From positions 32,001 through 96,000 of the forward strand of contig JAHQWL010000075.1 in NCBI GenBank assembly GCA_029856155.1: DNA of 64,000 nt, in the 5' to 3' direction. Positions 29,228 to 39,158 of the stretch are shown here, one piece after another. Positions within the stretch are counted from its first letter, which is position 1; each line of letters begins with the position of its first letter. Position numbers and translations under genes: made by a program. The DNA comes from Promethearchaeia archaeon (GTDB lineage Archaea > Asgardarchaeota > Lokiarchaeia > Sigyniarchaeales > SOKP01). Below the pieces are notes generated by a model that ran no database searches, was not told where the DNA came from, and saw only the letters and a program-made list of their open reading frames with translations.

Positions 29228-29734
29228 TTATAATTGTATTCTTTGTATAATTTTTTTCTCTTTCTTTTCTTTTGATGTAAAAACAATTGCTTCTAAATTA
29301 TAAATACGTTCACAATAAACACACTGTATTTTCAAGGGTTTCTCGTCTAAAACTAGAAATTCAGTATCAATGGGTTCCTTTTCTGAATTTGAAATGCATG
29401 TCTCATTGACACATAATATTAATTTTTTAATAGTTTTTGGAAGTTCCACTTTTTTCTTTTCAATTACTTTATAATTTTCAATTAAAGAAATTGTAGCATT
29501 AGGAGATAGTATAGATATCTGTTGCATTTGTGTTTCATTTAAAAAAACATTCTCAATTTTTATTATATCTTTTGTTTGATATTTCTTTGATGAAACATTA
29601 ACTCCAATGGTCATTAAATTTCTAGATTCATCAATTCCAGTAAGATTGAGAATTGTCAAAGCATACCCCGCATCTATATGATCAATTACAGTACCTTTAG
29701 ATATTTTATCAATTTTTAATTTTTCTTCTAACAT
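29228..29734 (-). CDS. pyrI: aspartate carbamoyltransferase regulatory subunit
   Basis: GTVIDHI, KDIIKIE, CVNETCISN, CVYCER. Confidence 0.95.
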   Translation of the reverse strand: MLEEKLKIDKISKGTVIDHIDAGYALTILNLTGIDESRNLMTIGVNVSSKKYQTKDIIKIENVFLNETQMQQISILSPNATISLIENYKVIEKKKVELPKTIKKLILCVNETCISNSEKEPIDTEFLVLDEKPLKIQCVYCERIYNLEAIVFTSKEKKEKKIIQRIQL

Positions 29735-29799
29735 TTCCTTAAAAAAAAATTACCTTAATTGAAAAAATTTTTGATAATTGCAAAATAATATTTTTTACT

Positions 29800-30870
29800 T
29801 CATAATAATGGAATTGAAATAAAAAATAAAATGGCAGACAAAGAGAAATTATAAGATAAATTGTCATCAATCTCTAAATCTAAATAATCCAATAATCCAA
29901 TTATTAATGCACCCACTAAGGGAATTAAAAAAAACCCTAACAGGCTAAATCTATAAAAACTTCTTAGCAAATATAATAAAATCAATCCAGATATGAAGGC
30001 AATAATAATACCAGAAATTAATCCTTCATACGTTTTATTTGTTTTTCTAATTCTTCTGTGTCCTATAGTCCTACCAATTAAATTAGATGTTATATCTCCA
30101 AAAATAGACATTACCATTGAAGTACAAATAATTACGGGACCTTTTGGTTGAATTAATCCATAAATAATTATTATCGAAAAACATCCAATACTCATTGAAA
30201 TGTGAGGTCCTAACCTTAAATGTAATTCTTTTTCTCTTAATAATTGATTGACTGGCTTTAAAGGGTAGATATCAGGTGTTAATATTCTAACTATATCAGC
30301 AGTTAATAAACCTAATAAGGATATCCCAACTAAAAAAATTACCAAATTTTGAGTAAAAACCATTATATCCCCTCCAATATGAAATAATTCTGAAATGAAA
30401 TCTGGTATGTATTCTAAAATATATACAAAAAAATTTTGGATTAAAAATCCAAGTGTAAAATAAAAGAAAACAATTCCTAAAACCACTAAATGTGTTAATT
30501 TTCTATATATATCATACTTAAGAGGGAGTTCTGTAAATGATTGTGGTTCACTCTTATTCTCTCTATATTTAATATTTTTAACTCTATGTTTCTCTCGAGA
30601 AATGAAAAGATAGAAGAGAGGAAGGTAAAATCCAATAGAGCCGATTAGTAAAATATTAAATGGAAAAACTAAGAATTCTTTGTTGGAGAGGTTTAAAAAT
30701 TTTATCAGTATGAGATTAGCTGTAATTGACGTTATTAGAACTAACCCGTTTGATAAATTATTGATAAATGCCCCCTTTTCCTTATTTTTTCTTGCTAAAT
30801 ACGTAATATAAAAAATAATAAACCCATAACTATACAGAGTACTAACAATTATTATCGAAAAAATGTTCAA
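29800..30870 (-). CDS. CTP-dependent polyprenol/dolichol/diacylglycerol kinase family membrane protein
   Basis: RKLTHL, GDITSNLIGRTIG, NKTYEG, IDDN. Confidence 0.85.
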   Translation of the reverse strand: MNIFSIIIVSTLYSYGFIIFYITYLARKNKEKGAFINNLSNGLVLITSITANLILIKFLNLSNKEFLVFPFNILLIGSIGFYLPLFYLFISREKHRVKNIKYRENKSEPQSFTELPLKYDIYRKLTHLVVLGIVFFYFTLGFLIQNFFVYILEYIPDFISELFHIGGDIMVFTQNLVIFLVGISLLGLLTADIVRILTPDIYPLKPVNQLLREKELHLRLGPHISMSIGCFSIIIIYGLIQPKGPVIICTSMVMSIFGDITSNLIGRTIGHRRIRKTNKTYEGLISGIIIAFISGLILLYLLRSFYRFSLLGFFLIPLVGALIIGLLDYLDLEIDDNLSYNFSLSAILFFISIPLL

Positions 30871-31090
30871 TAACGACCAAACTCATGAAAGTTTAATATT
30901 TAAAGGTTTTATTTTTTTTAATATTTTCTTGATGAAGAAGGAGTTAAAATATAAAAAAAAATAATTGACATTCGTTAATTAAAGGCAATTCTTCTGAAAT
31001 TAAAGTCTTTTGAAATGTTTGAATATTTAAAATCCTTTAATAAAGTTATAGAAAAAGATGATTAAAATACAATAAAAAGTATAAAGAAAG

Positions 31091-31495
31091 CTAGCGTCCT
31101 TCAAAAATTTTATAGAGATTTTTTGCCGCAATTCTCATTACTTTTACAGTCTTCATTAGTGTATCAATTATAGTTCCAGCACATACAATCACTAATCTTC
31201 CAGCATTAGTAATAACAATATAACCATTTTCTGCTCTTACTATTATCTCACTTAAATCTTCTTGGAATAAAGTTTGGATTGTTGATCTCCCCGTCATTAA
31301 CAATGCACTAGCGAGTCCGCAGAATTGGTCCCCATCAACATGATATTGTGGTAAAGCAGAGAAAGCTATTTGATATCCTTCAAAACTTACAAGTGCGATT
31401 GCTTCAATATCTGCATTGGAGGTTATAAATGTAATTTGAGGACTTATTTTTTCGATATCATCTTGATTGATTCCTAAATCAGACCCAAATTGAAT
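31091..31495 (-). CDS. roadblock/LC7 domain protein (probable ATT start; ORF track truncates it at 31303)
   Basis: Frame open from TAA 31510-08: ...DIEAIALVSFEGYQIAFSAL...FCGLASALL..G...LSEIIVRAENGYIVITNAG; SD AAAGGTG 7 nt before ATT. Confidence 0.85.
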   Translation of the reverse strand: MQFGSDLGINQDDIEKISPQITFITSNADIEAIALVSFEGYQIAFSALPQYHVDGDQFCGLASALLMTGRSTIQTLFQEDLSEIIVRAENGYIVITNAGRLVIVCAGTIIDTLMKTVKVMRIAAKNLYKIFEGR

Positions 31496-31916
31496 AAGTC
31501 TACACCTTTAGTGCTTTTAGGTTTTATAATTATTATTATAAATATAATAATTTTTATCTTATTATATTTTTATTTTTAACATTTGAAGTTTATTTTAGGT
31601 TGAAATTAAAAAAATTAGATCAAAGATTTAATAATACATTCTAACTAGGATATTGATCCCTTCTATGATTATTCTTATAAATCACAATTTGTAAAAACTA
31701 AAAAAATATCAAATTTATCGATTTATCTAAATTATCTCAACCTACTATAATATTTTTATAGAAGTACTTTATTTACTATTCAAAAGTAAATTTTAATATT
31801 TTATAATCTTAAAAATATTTAACACAACCTTTGAGTTTTTTTAAGGGTTTGTGAATGAATTTTTTAGACTAAAAATTAATTGATTAATAATTACGAGATA
31901 TTAATAAAATCAGATT

Positions 31917-34223
31917 ATGATAACCACACGCGAATCTATAAGTTATCAGTACTCATTGATTTTTGGATATTCGTCTCCAAATGATGTTGTTGTTGGAGAT
32001 GTAATTGGTGTTGGAAGGCTAACGAGAAAAAAAGTGAATGAACTATCGCAAGAAGTTATTAAATATTTAACAATGTATAATGCGGTTTTAAGGGATTATA
32101 CCGGGGCTGAATTATTTAGTATTGAGTTTGATTTATACAACTTTGATGAAAAAAGTGCTCGAATTAATATTTACCCAAAATCAATGATATTTATACCAGG
32201 TAAATTTAAGGACTGTGAAAGTCTATTACTTGCTTTAAAACCTGAGACGGGGGTTTTAGATATACATAAATCTAGAGAATCATTGAATAATATAAGTAAG
32301 CTATTTTTTGAAGTAGAAGAGTTTTCTAATCGCCCAGAATTAAGGAAAGAAAATAAAGAACAAGTATATGACAAATTTGCTACTAGGTTTAATAAAAAAC
32401 TTTATGGAGAACTAATTGAAGATAAATGGAACAAAAAATTGATTGGTTTAAGTAAAACTCTGCCAACAGAAAAAGAAATGTTGAATACATATGCTAAGGT
32501 TATCTCTAACGTTGAGGTTTTGTGGTATAAAAAACCAATAGAGATTAAATTTTTAAATCCGAAATTTCAAAAATTTAGACCGCCTTTTATTGGGCAACAA
32601 GCTATTGAACATCTTAAGTTTTCAATATCTGAACCAAGTGCTAATTTTATTGTAGACAAGACCTTAGATCTAGGCACTAATCTTATTAATTTAGCAAATA
32701 CCGGAACTTTAGATGAATCTCAAGATGAATTAATTATTTTTATGATTAATCATATTAACCTTAAGATAAAAGAATATATTGAATCTCAAACAGCAGAATG
32801 GCTTGTATCCAATGTAAATAAGTTATTAATTGATTTACAAGAATTTTTAAATAAATTTTTAGAATATTCTAGAACTTTTCTCGGTACTGGTGAAATGGGG
32901 AATTTAAATGAATTACTTAGCAAATATGAACATTTTATATTAAATAAAGCGAAATTAGAAGGCGAAGATTTCGAGAATATCTATAAAATAACAGAAAAAT
33001 TTATCGAACAATCACTAACCCAAAAAGATAGTTTACGGATAATAGAATTGAGTTCTGTATTTAACTATTTTTCAGAAATTACCAATGCAAGTCTTAGTTT
33101 AATTAGAAAATCACTTCCAAAATATCTTTCTTATCGTCGATTAAAAACTCTAACTATTGAATTGATAGATAATTTAGAGGAAAAATTTAATCAGGAGCGA
33201 AAACCAGCAAAAGTTTTAGGACAGAAATTAATAAGGAAATTTAAAGAATTTCTTTTTAACCAAATTGAAACACACCCAATTATATTAAGAAAGGATCTTA
33301 AATTTAATGAAAAAGAACTGATAAATGAGTTTAATTTATTAGTGAATAAGAATGTTGATATTTTCTTTAACAATGTAGCTTTAAAAATAGATGATTTAGT
33401 ATCTTTTGCAGAAATCCAGATGGAATCCAATATAAATAGTATAAGGAATCACCTAGAAAAATTTAAGAAGTTTTCAAGAGAATTAAATTATTTATTAAGC
33501 TACGTTCTAAGGTATTCTACGATAAAACGTTATATTAAGGAAGAACCTGATAAGGAAATCAGTGATCCTGTAACCTTCTCAAATAGATTTCATAGATTTT
33601 TAGAAAAGAGAATTGGAGGTATAAATTTAGAATGGAAATTTTATATACTTGAGTGGATTAAAGATTATTCTAAAAAATATCTTAAGCCAGAAGAACAAAG
33701 AACTTGGACATTAACAGAAGTATATGATGATTTTATTGGATATTTTGAAGAGAGAGAATTAGATGAGCAAAAAATAGAAAATTTCTTAAAATTCTTAGAC
33801 ATTTACATTCCAAAATTAATAAATCCCGAAGAGAGAAAATTGTTACTTGAATTTTATAAAAATTATGAACTTAGTATTGATATCAATATTGAATTTCCAA
33901 AGTATGTCAAAAATAGTATTAAAAATGAGTTAAAAAATCTAAATCCACAATTGGAAAATATCATTCCTTTCAATTACTTTTATCTAGATGAGGATGAGAC
34001 ATTTTACAATTATGTTAAAAATTCAGAATTAAAATACTTTTCAAAATTAATACCAAGACCTTTAACTGTGACTCTAAAACATATTTTAACAAATGAAGAA
34101 AAAGAAATATTTAAAGGAGAGCTTTTTCATGTAATAGATTTCAAATTTTGGCATGATAATGCTAGATTTGAATTATCAGATAATTTTAAAGAAGTCTATA
34201 GAGAATGGGTGAGAGAATTATGA
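31917..34223 (+). CDS. large hypothetical protein
   Basis: 768-aa ORF, no motif recognised. Confidence 0.8.
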   Translation: MITTRESISYQYSLIFGYSSPNDVVVGDVIGVGRLTRKKVNELSQEVIKYLTMYNAVLRDYTGAELFSIEFDLYNFDEKSARINIYPKSMIFIPGKFKDCESLLLALKPETGVLDIHKSRESLNNISKLFFEVEEFSNRPELRKENKEQVYDKFATRFNKKLYGELIEDKWNKKLIGLSKTLPTEKEMLNTYAKVISNVEVLWYKKPIEIKFLNPKFQKFRPPFIGQQAIEHLKFSISEPSANFIVDKTLDLGTNLINLANTGTLDESQDELIIFMINHINLKIKEYIESQTAEWLVSNVNKLLIDLQEFLNKFLEYSRTFLGTGEMGNLNELLSKYEHFILNKAKLEGEDFENIYKITEKFIEQSLTQKDSLRIIELSSVFNYFSEITNASLSLIRKSLPKYLSYRRLKTLTIELIDNLEEKFNQERKPAKVLGQKLIRKFKEFLFNQIETHPIILRKDLKFNEKELINEFNLLVNKNVDIFFNNVALKIDDLVSFAEIQMESNINSIRNHLEKFKKFSRELNYLLSYVLRYSTIKRYIKEEPDKEISDPVTFSNRFHRFLEKRIGGINLEWKFYILEWIKDYSKKYLKPEEQRTWTLTEVYDDFIGYFEERELDEQKIENFLKFLDIYIPKLINPEERKLLLEFYKNYELSIDINIEFPKYVKNSIKNELKNLNPQLENIIPFNYFYLDEDETFYNYVKNSELKYFSKLIPRPLTVTLKHILTNEEKEIFKGELFHVIDFKFWHDNARFELSDNFKEVYREWVREL

Positions 34224-36607
34224 TTAGTGGAGTAAAAAGAAAAACAACCGCAGTTGAAAGTACTTATAGATTTTTTCAAACTGTTGATTTAATTATATCT
34301 CATTTTAAAAGGGAAGCTGATAAAAATAAAATCTTTGAGCTTATTAGTAGGAAAACTAGTTTTGATGATTTACTAAAAGCTACAGCGACTATTCATATAT
34401 ATCACAGTTTAGGAATCCGAGTTCAAAAGTTTTTAGATAAAGATAAATTTACTTTCGATTCCACTAAGAATTTAGAACTTACAGAGAAAAAGGTGATTAA
34501 TGAGGAAGTTGATTTACTATTAAAAAACTCCTTAAATTTAGAAGTAAACCTCCTCAACAAGATAATTGATTTAGAAAATAAGATTATTTCTTTTTTAATT
34601 GAAGAGAGAAAGGAAACCCTCCAGAATATCGAAAGAGAAAAATTATTAAAGGATATTGAAGGTCAAATTGAACAAGAATTACAAGAAATCATATTGAACT
34701 ATCCCCCATTCTACTTTTACGATTTAATTGGTGATTTGATTGGACTTAATAATGAAATTAAAAAAGAAATTTTAGAGGAATCTGCTGCTTTTAAGGATAT
34801 TTCTGTCGAATTAGAGAAGAAACTTGAGTTAGAAGAAAAAGAAGATAAATTCATAGAATTAGCGACATTGGACAGGCTGATAGATAAAATACGTAGAGAT
34901 TTCGAATTTAAATCATATAAAGAATTACAAATTCAAGCAATGCCCGTAAGAATGATAAAAAGAAGAGTATTAGAATACAATTTTAACCGGTTTCCTATTT
35001 CGATACCCGGTTTGAAGGTATTCATGGAAGCGAATAACCTAAAAAAAGACCTTATATATAAAATTGAAAATGCTCTTAAAGAAAAAATCGATTATGAACA
35101 ATTTGAGACAAAAATTCTTAGCTTTTTAAGATTAGCATTAATTAAAAAATTAAAAGAGAACCCTAATGATTTTATCTATTTTCTACAAAGTATAAATGAA
35201 TGTGGTTTTGAAGATATAATTTATATATTACAAAAATATGGAGTTTACAATATTTTACATTTTTTAAATGTAGATGAAGATCTACCGGAAAATGTAAAAA
35301 AAAATATGGTTAGATATAATATAAAAAAATTAGATATTATATCCTTAAATGATAACAAACAAAATTTAATATATTTAGCAAAAAAGGCGATTTCAGAGCA
35401 GAATATTCAGAATGTCAGAGAAATTGTTGAAAAATCTGAAAAAATCTCTGAATTTGACCTATTAGACTTCATAACCCAAGATATCAATAATTATCCGGAT
35501 TTAATAAGATTTTTAGAAGAAAAAACCGGAACTAATATTAATGATTTAAGGCAGTACATTAAAAAAAAGCAAGCAATTGACAGAGTTTTTTTAAATGAAC
35601 TGAAATTAAAAAATTACTCTCACTTATTATTTATCTTAGAGTTCGAAGAGATTATCAATGAATTAGCAAAGGATATTTTCTTTTATATCTTATCCAAAAT
35701 TTTAAGGCAGCTTAGCAGAATAATTGAGGTTTATCTTAAGGTTTCTAACGACAGGTCATTATATTTATTAGCATTAAAGAAAATGGGTGGAACAACTGAT
35801 TCAGAAGAATGGATAAATGTAAAACTCGAAGAGTTGATCATTAAAAGAATAAACAAGAGACAAGAAGAATTAGTCATAGTATTTGACGCAAATAATCAAC
35901 CATTCTTAGTTAATGGATTTATTTTAGCACGATTGATGGAACTATCTTTAAGAGAAGCGGTTGCTGATTTAAAAAACAATCCAAGTCCAATATATGAAGA
36001 TATAGCTCAATTAAATTTAAAGTCAGATATAATATCTCCAATTTCATACTGCATTGGATATGATATAATTAAAAGAATTGAAAAATTTGAAGAAAGCCGA
36101 AAATTAGAAGTAGAACAGATAATTGAATCTAAAGAAAAGAAAAAAGAGGAAAAAGCTAAGAAAATACGTGAAGTACAAGAATTAAGTACTTTAAATTGGG
36201 TTGAACGCAGAATCACAAGTTCACTAATGAGAATTAATAGTCCTGGGATTAACCCAAATCAGTTATATTGGCAAGAAAAAGACACAAAAATTGCTACTGA
36301 TAATATAAAACTTCATAGTGAATTGAAAGGTGATCCAATTGAGCTAGTAGGTCAATTTTTTAATTTTGCCGTAGAGAAAATTAGAAATTTAACTCCAGAT
36401 TTCAAATTGCCCAATTATGAAAAAATTATGAATATTGTTAACGATATTACTGAAAAATTATTAACTAATAGACTTGGTAGAATTCCTACTCCCGAAGAAA
36501 AAAAGAATTTACTTGATGGAGAAAGGTATGAAATTGGTAATCAAATTGCTGAAAAAATTGGACGCTTATTAGATAAAGCATTATATATAAAATTTAAAAG
36601 TAGATAG
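34205..36607 (+). CDS. large helical hypothetical protein
   Basis: 800-aa ORF overlapping the previous stop (alternative ATG 34220 in an ATGA overlap). Confidence 0.8.
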   Translation: MGERIMISGVKRKTTAVESTYRFFQTVDLIISHFKREADKNKIFELISRKTSFDDLLKATATIHIYHSLGIRVQKFLDKDKFTFDSTKNLELTEKKVINEEVDLLLKNSLNLEVNLLNKIIDLENKIISFLIEERKETLQNIEREKLLKDIEGQIEQELQEIILNYPPFYFYDLIGDLIGLNNEIKKEILEESAAFKDISVELEKKLELEEKEDKFIELATLDRLIDKIRRDFEFKSYKELQIQAMPVRMIKRRVLEYNFNRFPISIPGLKVFMEANNLKKDLIYKIENALKEKIDYEQFETKILSFLRLALIKKLKENPNDFIYFLQSINECGFEDIIYILQKYGVYNILHFLNVDEDLPENVKKNMVRYNIKKLDIISLNDNKQNLIYLAKKAISEQNIQNVREIVEKSEKISEFDLLDFITQDINNYPDLIRFLEEKTGTNINDLRQYIKKKQAIDRVFLNELKLKNYSHLLFILEFEEIINELAKDIFFYILSKILRQLSRIIEVYLKVSNDRSLYLLALKKMGGTTDSEEWINVKLEELIIKRINKRQEELVIVFDANNQPFLVNGFILARLMELSLREAVADLKNNPSPIYEDIAQLNLKSDIISPISYCIGYDIIKRIEKFEESRKLEVEQIIESKEKKKEEKAKKIREVQELSTLNWVERRITSSLMRINSPGINPNQLYWQEKDTKIATDNIKLHSELKGDPIELVGQFFNFAVEKIRNLTPDFKLPNYEKIMNIVNDITEKLLTNRLGRIPTPEEKKNLLDGERYEIGNQIAEKIGRLLDKALYIKFKSR

Positions 36608-36783
36608 AAATCAATTTGAATTTAACAAAATTTTGAGTAAAAATATAATTCTGAAAATCTTTATCATTTTCTCTTTTTAATAATATAAGTTTTGAACACA
36701 ACTTCTAAGAAATAATAAAGATATTAAAATATTTATTATTTAATCTATATAAAATTAAATTAGTAAAAACGTATTATATTCTT

Positions 36784-37059
36784 ATGGTCTTACTATTTTC
36801 ATGGATTAAGAAAGAGTTAATCTATATAAAAGATTCTCTCACTGAAATCATTAAAGGGATAATTCTTGTAGCTTTAGCATCTTCTGGTCTAGCATTAGCT
36901 TTATTACTCCGATATTTAGGATATAATGGGACAATAATCACATTTGTTGGGATTGTTGCAGAATCTGTTTCTTTATTCATTTGTTACTTCTTATTTCGTA
37001 ATTATTTGAAATCAGAGGAAAAAATTGAACCCTCTAAACCGAAGGGAAAGAAAATCTAA
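36784..37059 (+). CDS. small 2-TM membrane protein
   Basis: 91 aa, two hydrophobic helices. Confidence 0.7.
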   Translation: MVLLFSWIKKELIYIKDSLTEIIKGIILVALASSGLALALLLRYLGYNGTIITFVGIVAESVSLFICYFLFRNYLKSEEKIEPSKPKGKKI

Positions 37060-37071
37060 TTAAAGAAAAAA

Positions 37072-37794
37072 TTATATGAAATTTTCCCAAGGTCTTTCAT
37101 CAATTCGTTGAGAGATTAAATAATCTTTAACGTCAATTTTTAATATATTAGGGTCATATTCCCAAGCACCTTCTTTATTAAATGAAATACATCTAAGGTC
37201 TTTAATATTTAATTTGGATTTAATTAATAAACCATACATTGAGACTTGTGGTAGAGAAAGTAAAAAATTACCCTCTGGTTTATAGTCAATTACTTTAACA
37301 ACATCATTTTGAATTTGAATTAAGTCAATATGCCCCGTAATTATATTTTTTTTCTGGTCATTCCAAATTGGAACCTCTATAGCTATAGCATCCTTATCTT
37401 TTATCAAAATATTCTTCAAAATAGGTTCATGTCCTGGTGTTCCTGGGAAATTATTAGCTTGATAATTCTCATAAACTTTTTGAGCATACTTTGGTAATTT
37501 CGAATTACAATCATGATATTGAATTTTATTAGATCTAATAAGGTTTTTACTAAAACTTCTAATAAACGCATTTTTAATACCTCTAATTTTAAATTGAGAT
37601 ACTCTTGGAAATTGTTTTGTATTAAATAGATTGTTGGGGATTAATCCCTCTAAAACCTTCTTAAAATGGTCCTTGAGTCGATTTAATTCTTCTCTGTTAG
37701 AGGTTATTTGCAAATATTTTTCTCTATGGTGTGTTTTATTCCAATTAAAGGAATAGGGAATATTTTGATGAATAAAAATTTTTTTCTTAAGCAA
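37072..37794 (-). CDS. PD-(D/E)xK (RecB/Cas4-like) nuclease family protein
   Basis: AIEVPIW...TGHIDLI...IDYKP...QVSMY. Confidence 0.8.
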   Translation of the reverse strand: MLKKKIFIHQNIPYSFNWNKTHHREKYLQITSNREELNRLKDHFKKVLEGLIPNNLFNTKQFPRVSQFKIRGIKNAFIRSFSKNLIRSNKIQYHDCNSKLPKYAQKVYENYQANNFPGTPGHEPILKNILIKDKDAIAIEVPIWNDQKKNIITGHIDLIQIQNDVVKVIDYKPEGNFLLSLPQVSMYGLLIKSKLNIKDLRCISFNKEGAWEYDPNILKIDVKDYLISQRIDERPWENFI

Positions 37795-38262
37795 GATTTA
37801 TACTCTCTAAAAAATTACCAGTTCTAAAAAATACAATTAATATTAGTCTTAAATTCAATTTAAGAATTTTAATTATTAAAAAGAATATGTTAACAATTTA
37901 TTAATTTCTTAAGAATTTTTGGCTTAATTTAGCTTACTTAAATTAAATTAACCCATTTATTAAAGGATTCTACTAAATTTAAGGAAATTAAACTTTTTTC
38001 TTTACAAGCTATTTTACAAATAGAAAATTTACCATTAATTATATATTAATTTCGATGTAAATTAATAGAATTTTTTGATTCTTTAAAGAATCTTTGGTAG
38101 AATTCTTAGGGTAAAATTTTAATTAACCATAAGCTTTTTAATGAAAAATTATAATCTTATATTTAGATTTAGTCTATAAAGAAAATTATTGTCTTTTAAG
38201 TATTCAAATTAATATAAAATTGAATCTAATTCAAGAAATAAATCATAAGAGATTTTAACTCT

Positions 38263-38748
38263 ATGGATCATGATAATAAAAAAGATACTCTTAACAAGAA
38301 AATTAAAGTCAAGGATAAAGAAGGATTAACAGTATCCTACAAAAAAGAAGAATTCCTTGAGCATTTCCCATCCCTCATAAAAGAGATATCTGAAAAAAAA
38401 AAATCAATAAAAATAAATGCAATTAATGGTCAAAATGAGCAAATTCATAAAGAAAAATCTGAGATTTCAAAAAATGTTTACCCAAGTGAGCTATATAATC
38501 CAGAAGCGATTGATTTTATCAGAAGATGTTCAAACAAAGAGGATGCAATTAATATATTGGATTATTTAATGAAAAGAAATGAAATTGATAAAGAAGATTA
38601 TAAATCTTATAAGAACATTATTTCACAAGAAGGGGGGTTAGAACGGATTATTAACGAGAGTGGTGGCTTAAAAAAACCTGGATACTATATGAGAAAATTT
38701 TATAAAAAGGATATTAAAAATCAAAAATTAAATAGTAATGAGGATTAG
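38263..38748 (+). CDS. DUF2095 family protein
   Basis: F..HFPSL.KEI, YNP.AIDFIRRC..KEDA..ILDYL.KRNEI, KKPGYY. Confidence 0.8.
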   Translation: MDHDNKKDTLNKKIKVKDKEGLTVSYKKEEFLEHFPSLIKEISEKKKSIKINAINGQNEQIHKEKSEISKNVYPSELYNPEAIDFIRRCSNKEDAINILDYLMKRNEIDKEDYKSYKNIISQEGGLERIINESGGLKKPGYYMRKFYKKDIKNQKLNSNED

Positions 38749-38756
38749 CATCATTT

Positions 38757-38829
38757 GACAGATGATGAACTTATGACAAAGCTAGCTGCTTGCTCGGTAG
38801 CAATGACGTTGTCGCCCCAAACTGATGTC
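38757..38829 (+). ncRNA. box C/D guide sRNA, predicted guide for 23S rRNA Gm2251 (E. coli numbering)
   Basis: Terminal stem GACA/TGTC, box C ATGATGA 38762-68, C'-like ATGACG, box D CTGA 38822-25; D guide TGTCGCCCCA complementary to P-loop UGGGGCG(G/A)CA. Confidence 0.85.
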
Positions 38830-38844
38830 TTAACTTATTATTAA

Positions 38845-39093
38845 CTATTTATCTAATATTTTTCGAAAAAGAATTCCCTTTTCAGATAAAAAGTATTCAT
38901 CATTTTTTTTTTTAATAAGACCTAAATCGAATAAAACCGGGATTCTCCCATTTATACATGATATTGGCAAACCAGAAAATAATTTAATCGTCTCGTAATT
39001 TTTTGCCCCATTATCGATTGCAACCAGTATTTCAATTCCCATATAACCTAAAATATTCTTTAAATCTTCTGAAGTTTCTTCTTCATTAGGCAT
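38845..39093 (-). CDS. small winged-helix protein
   Basis: 82 aa; EIL..I..G...YETIKLFSGLP...RIPVL..LGLI...YFLSEKG. Confidence 0.75.
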   Translation of the reverse strand: MPNEEETSEDLKNILGYMGIEILVAIDNGAKNYETIKLFSGLPISCINGRIPVLFDLGLIKKKNDEYFLSEKGILFRKILDK

Positions 39094-39158
39094 TATAAAT
39101 CGTTTGGTTGTAAATTTTTTTAAGCAACAAATTCAAATTTCTATGTATTGTTTAATTA

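Noticed and set aside
37072-37794. Cas4 / CRISPR locus
   Set aside because: No Fe-S cysteines, no other cas genes, and no repeat-spacer array seen in the window.
37795-38262. 468-bp extremely AT-rich intergenic region as a replication origin
   Set aside because: No repeated ORB-like (TCCA...GGA plus G-string) motifs seen; explained as a divergent promoter region.
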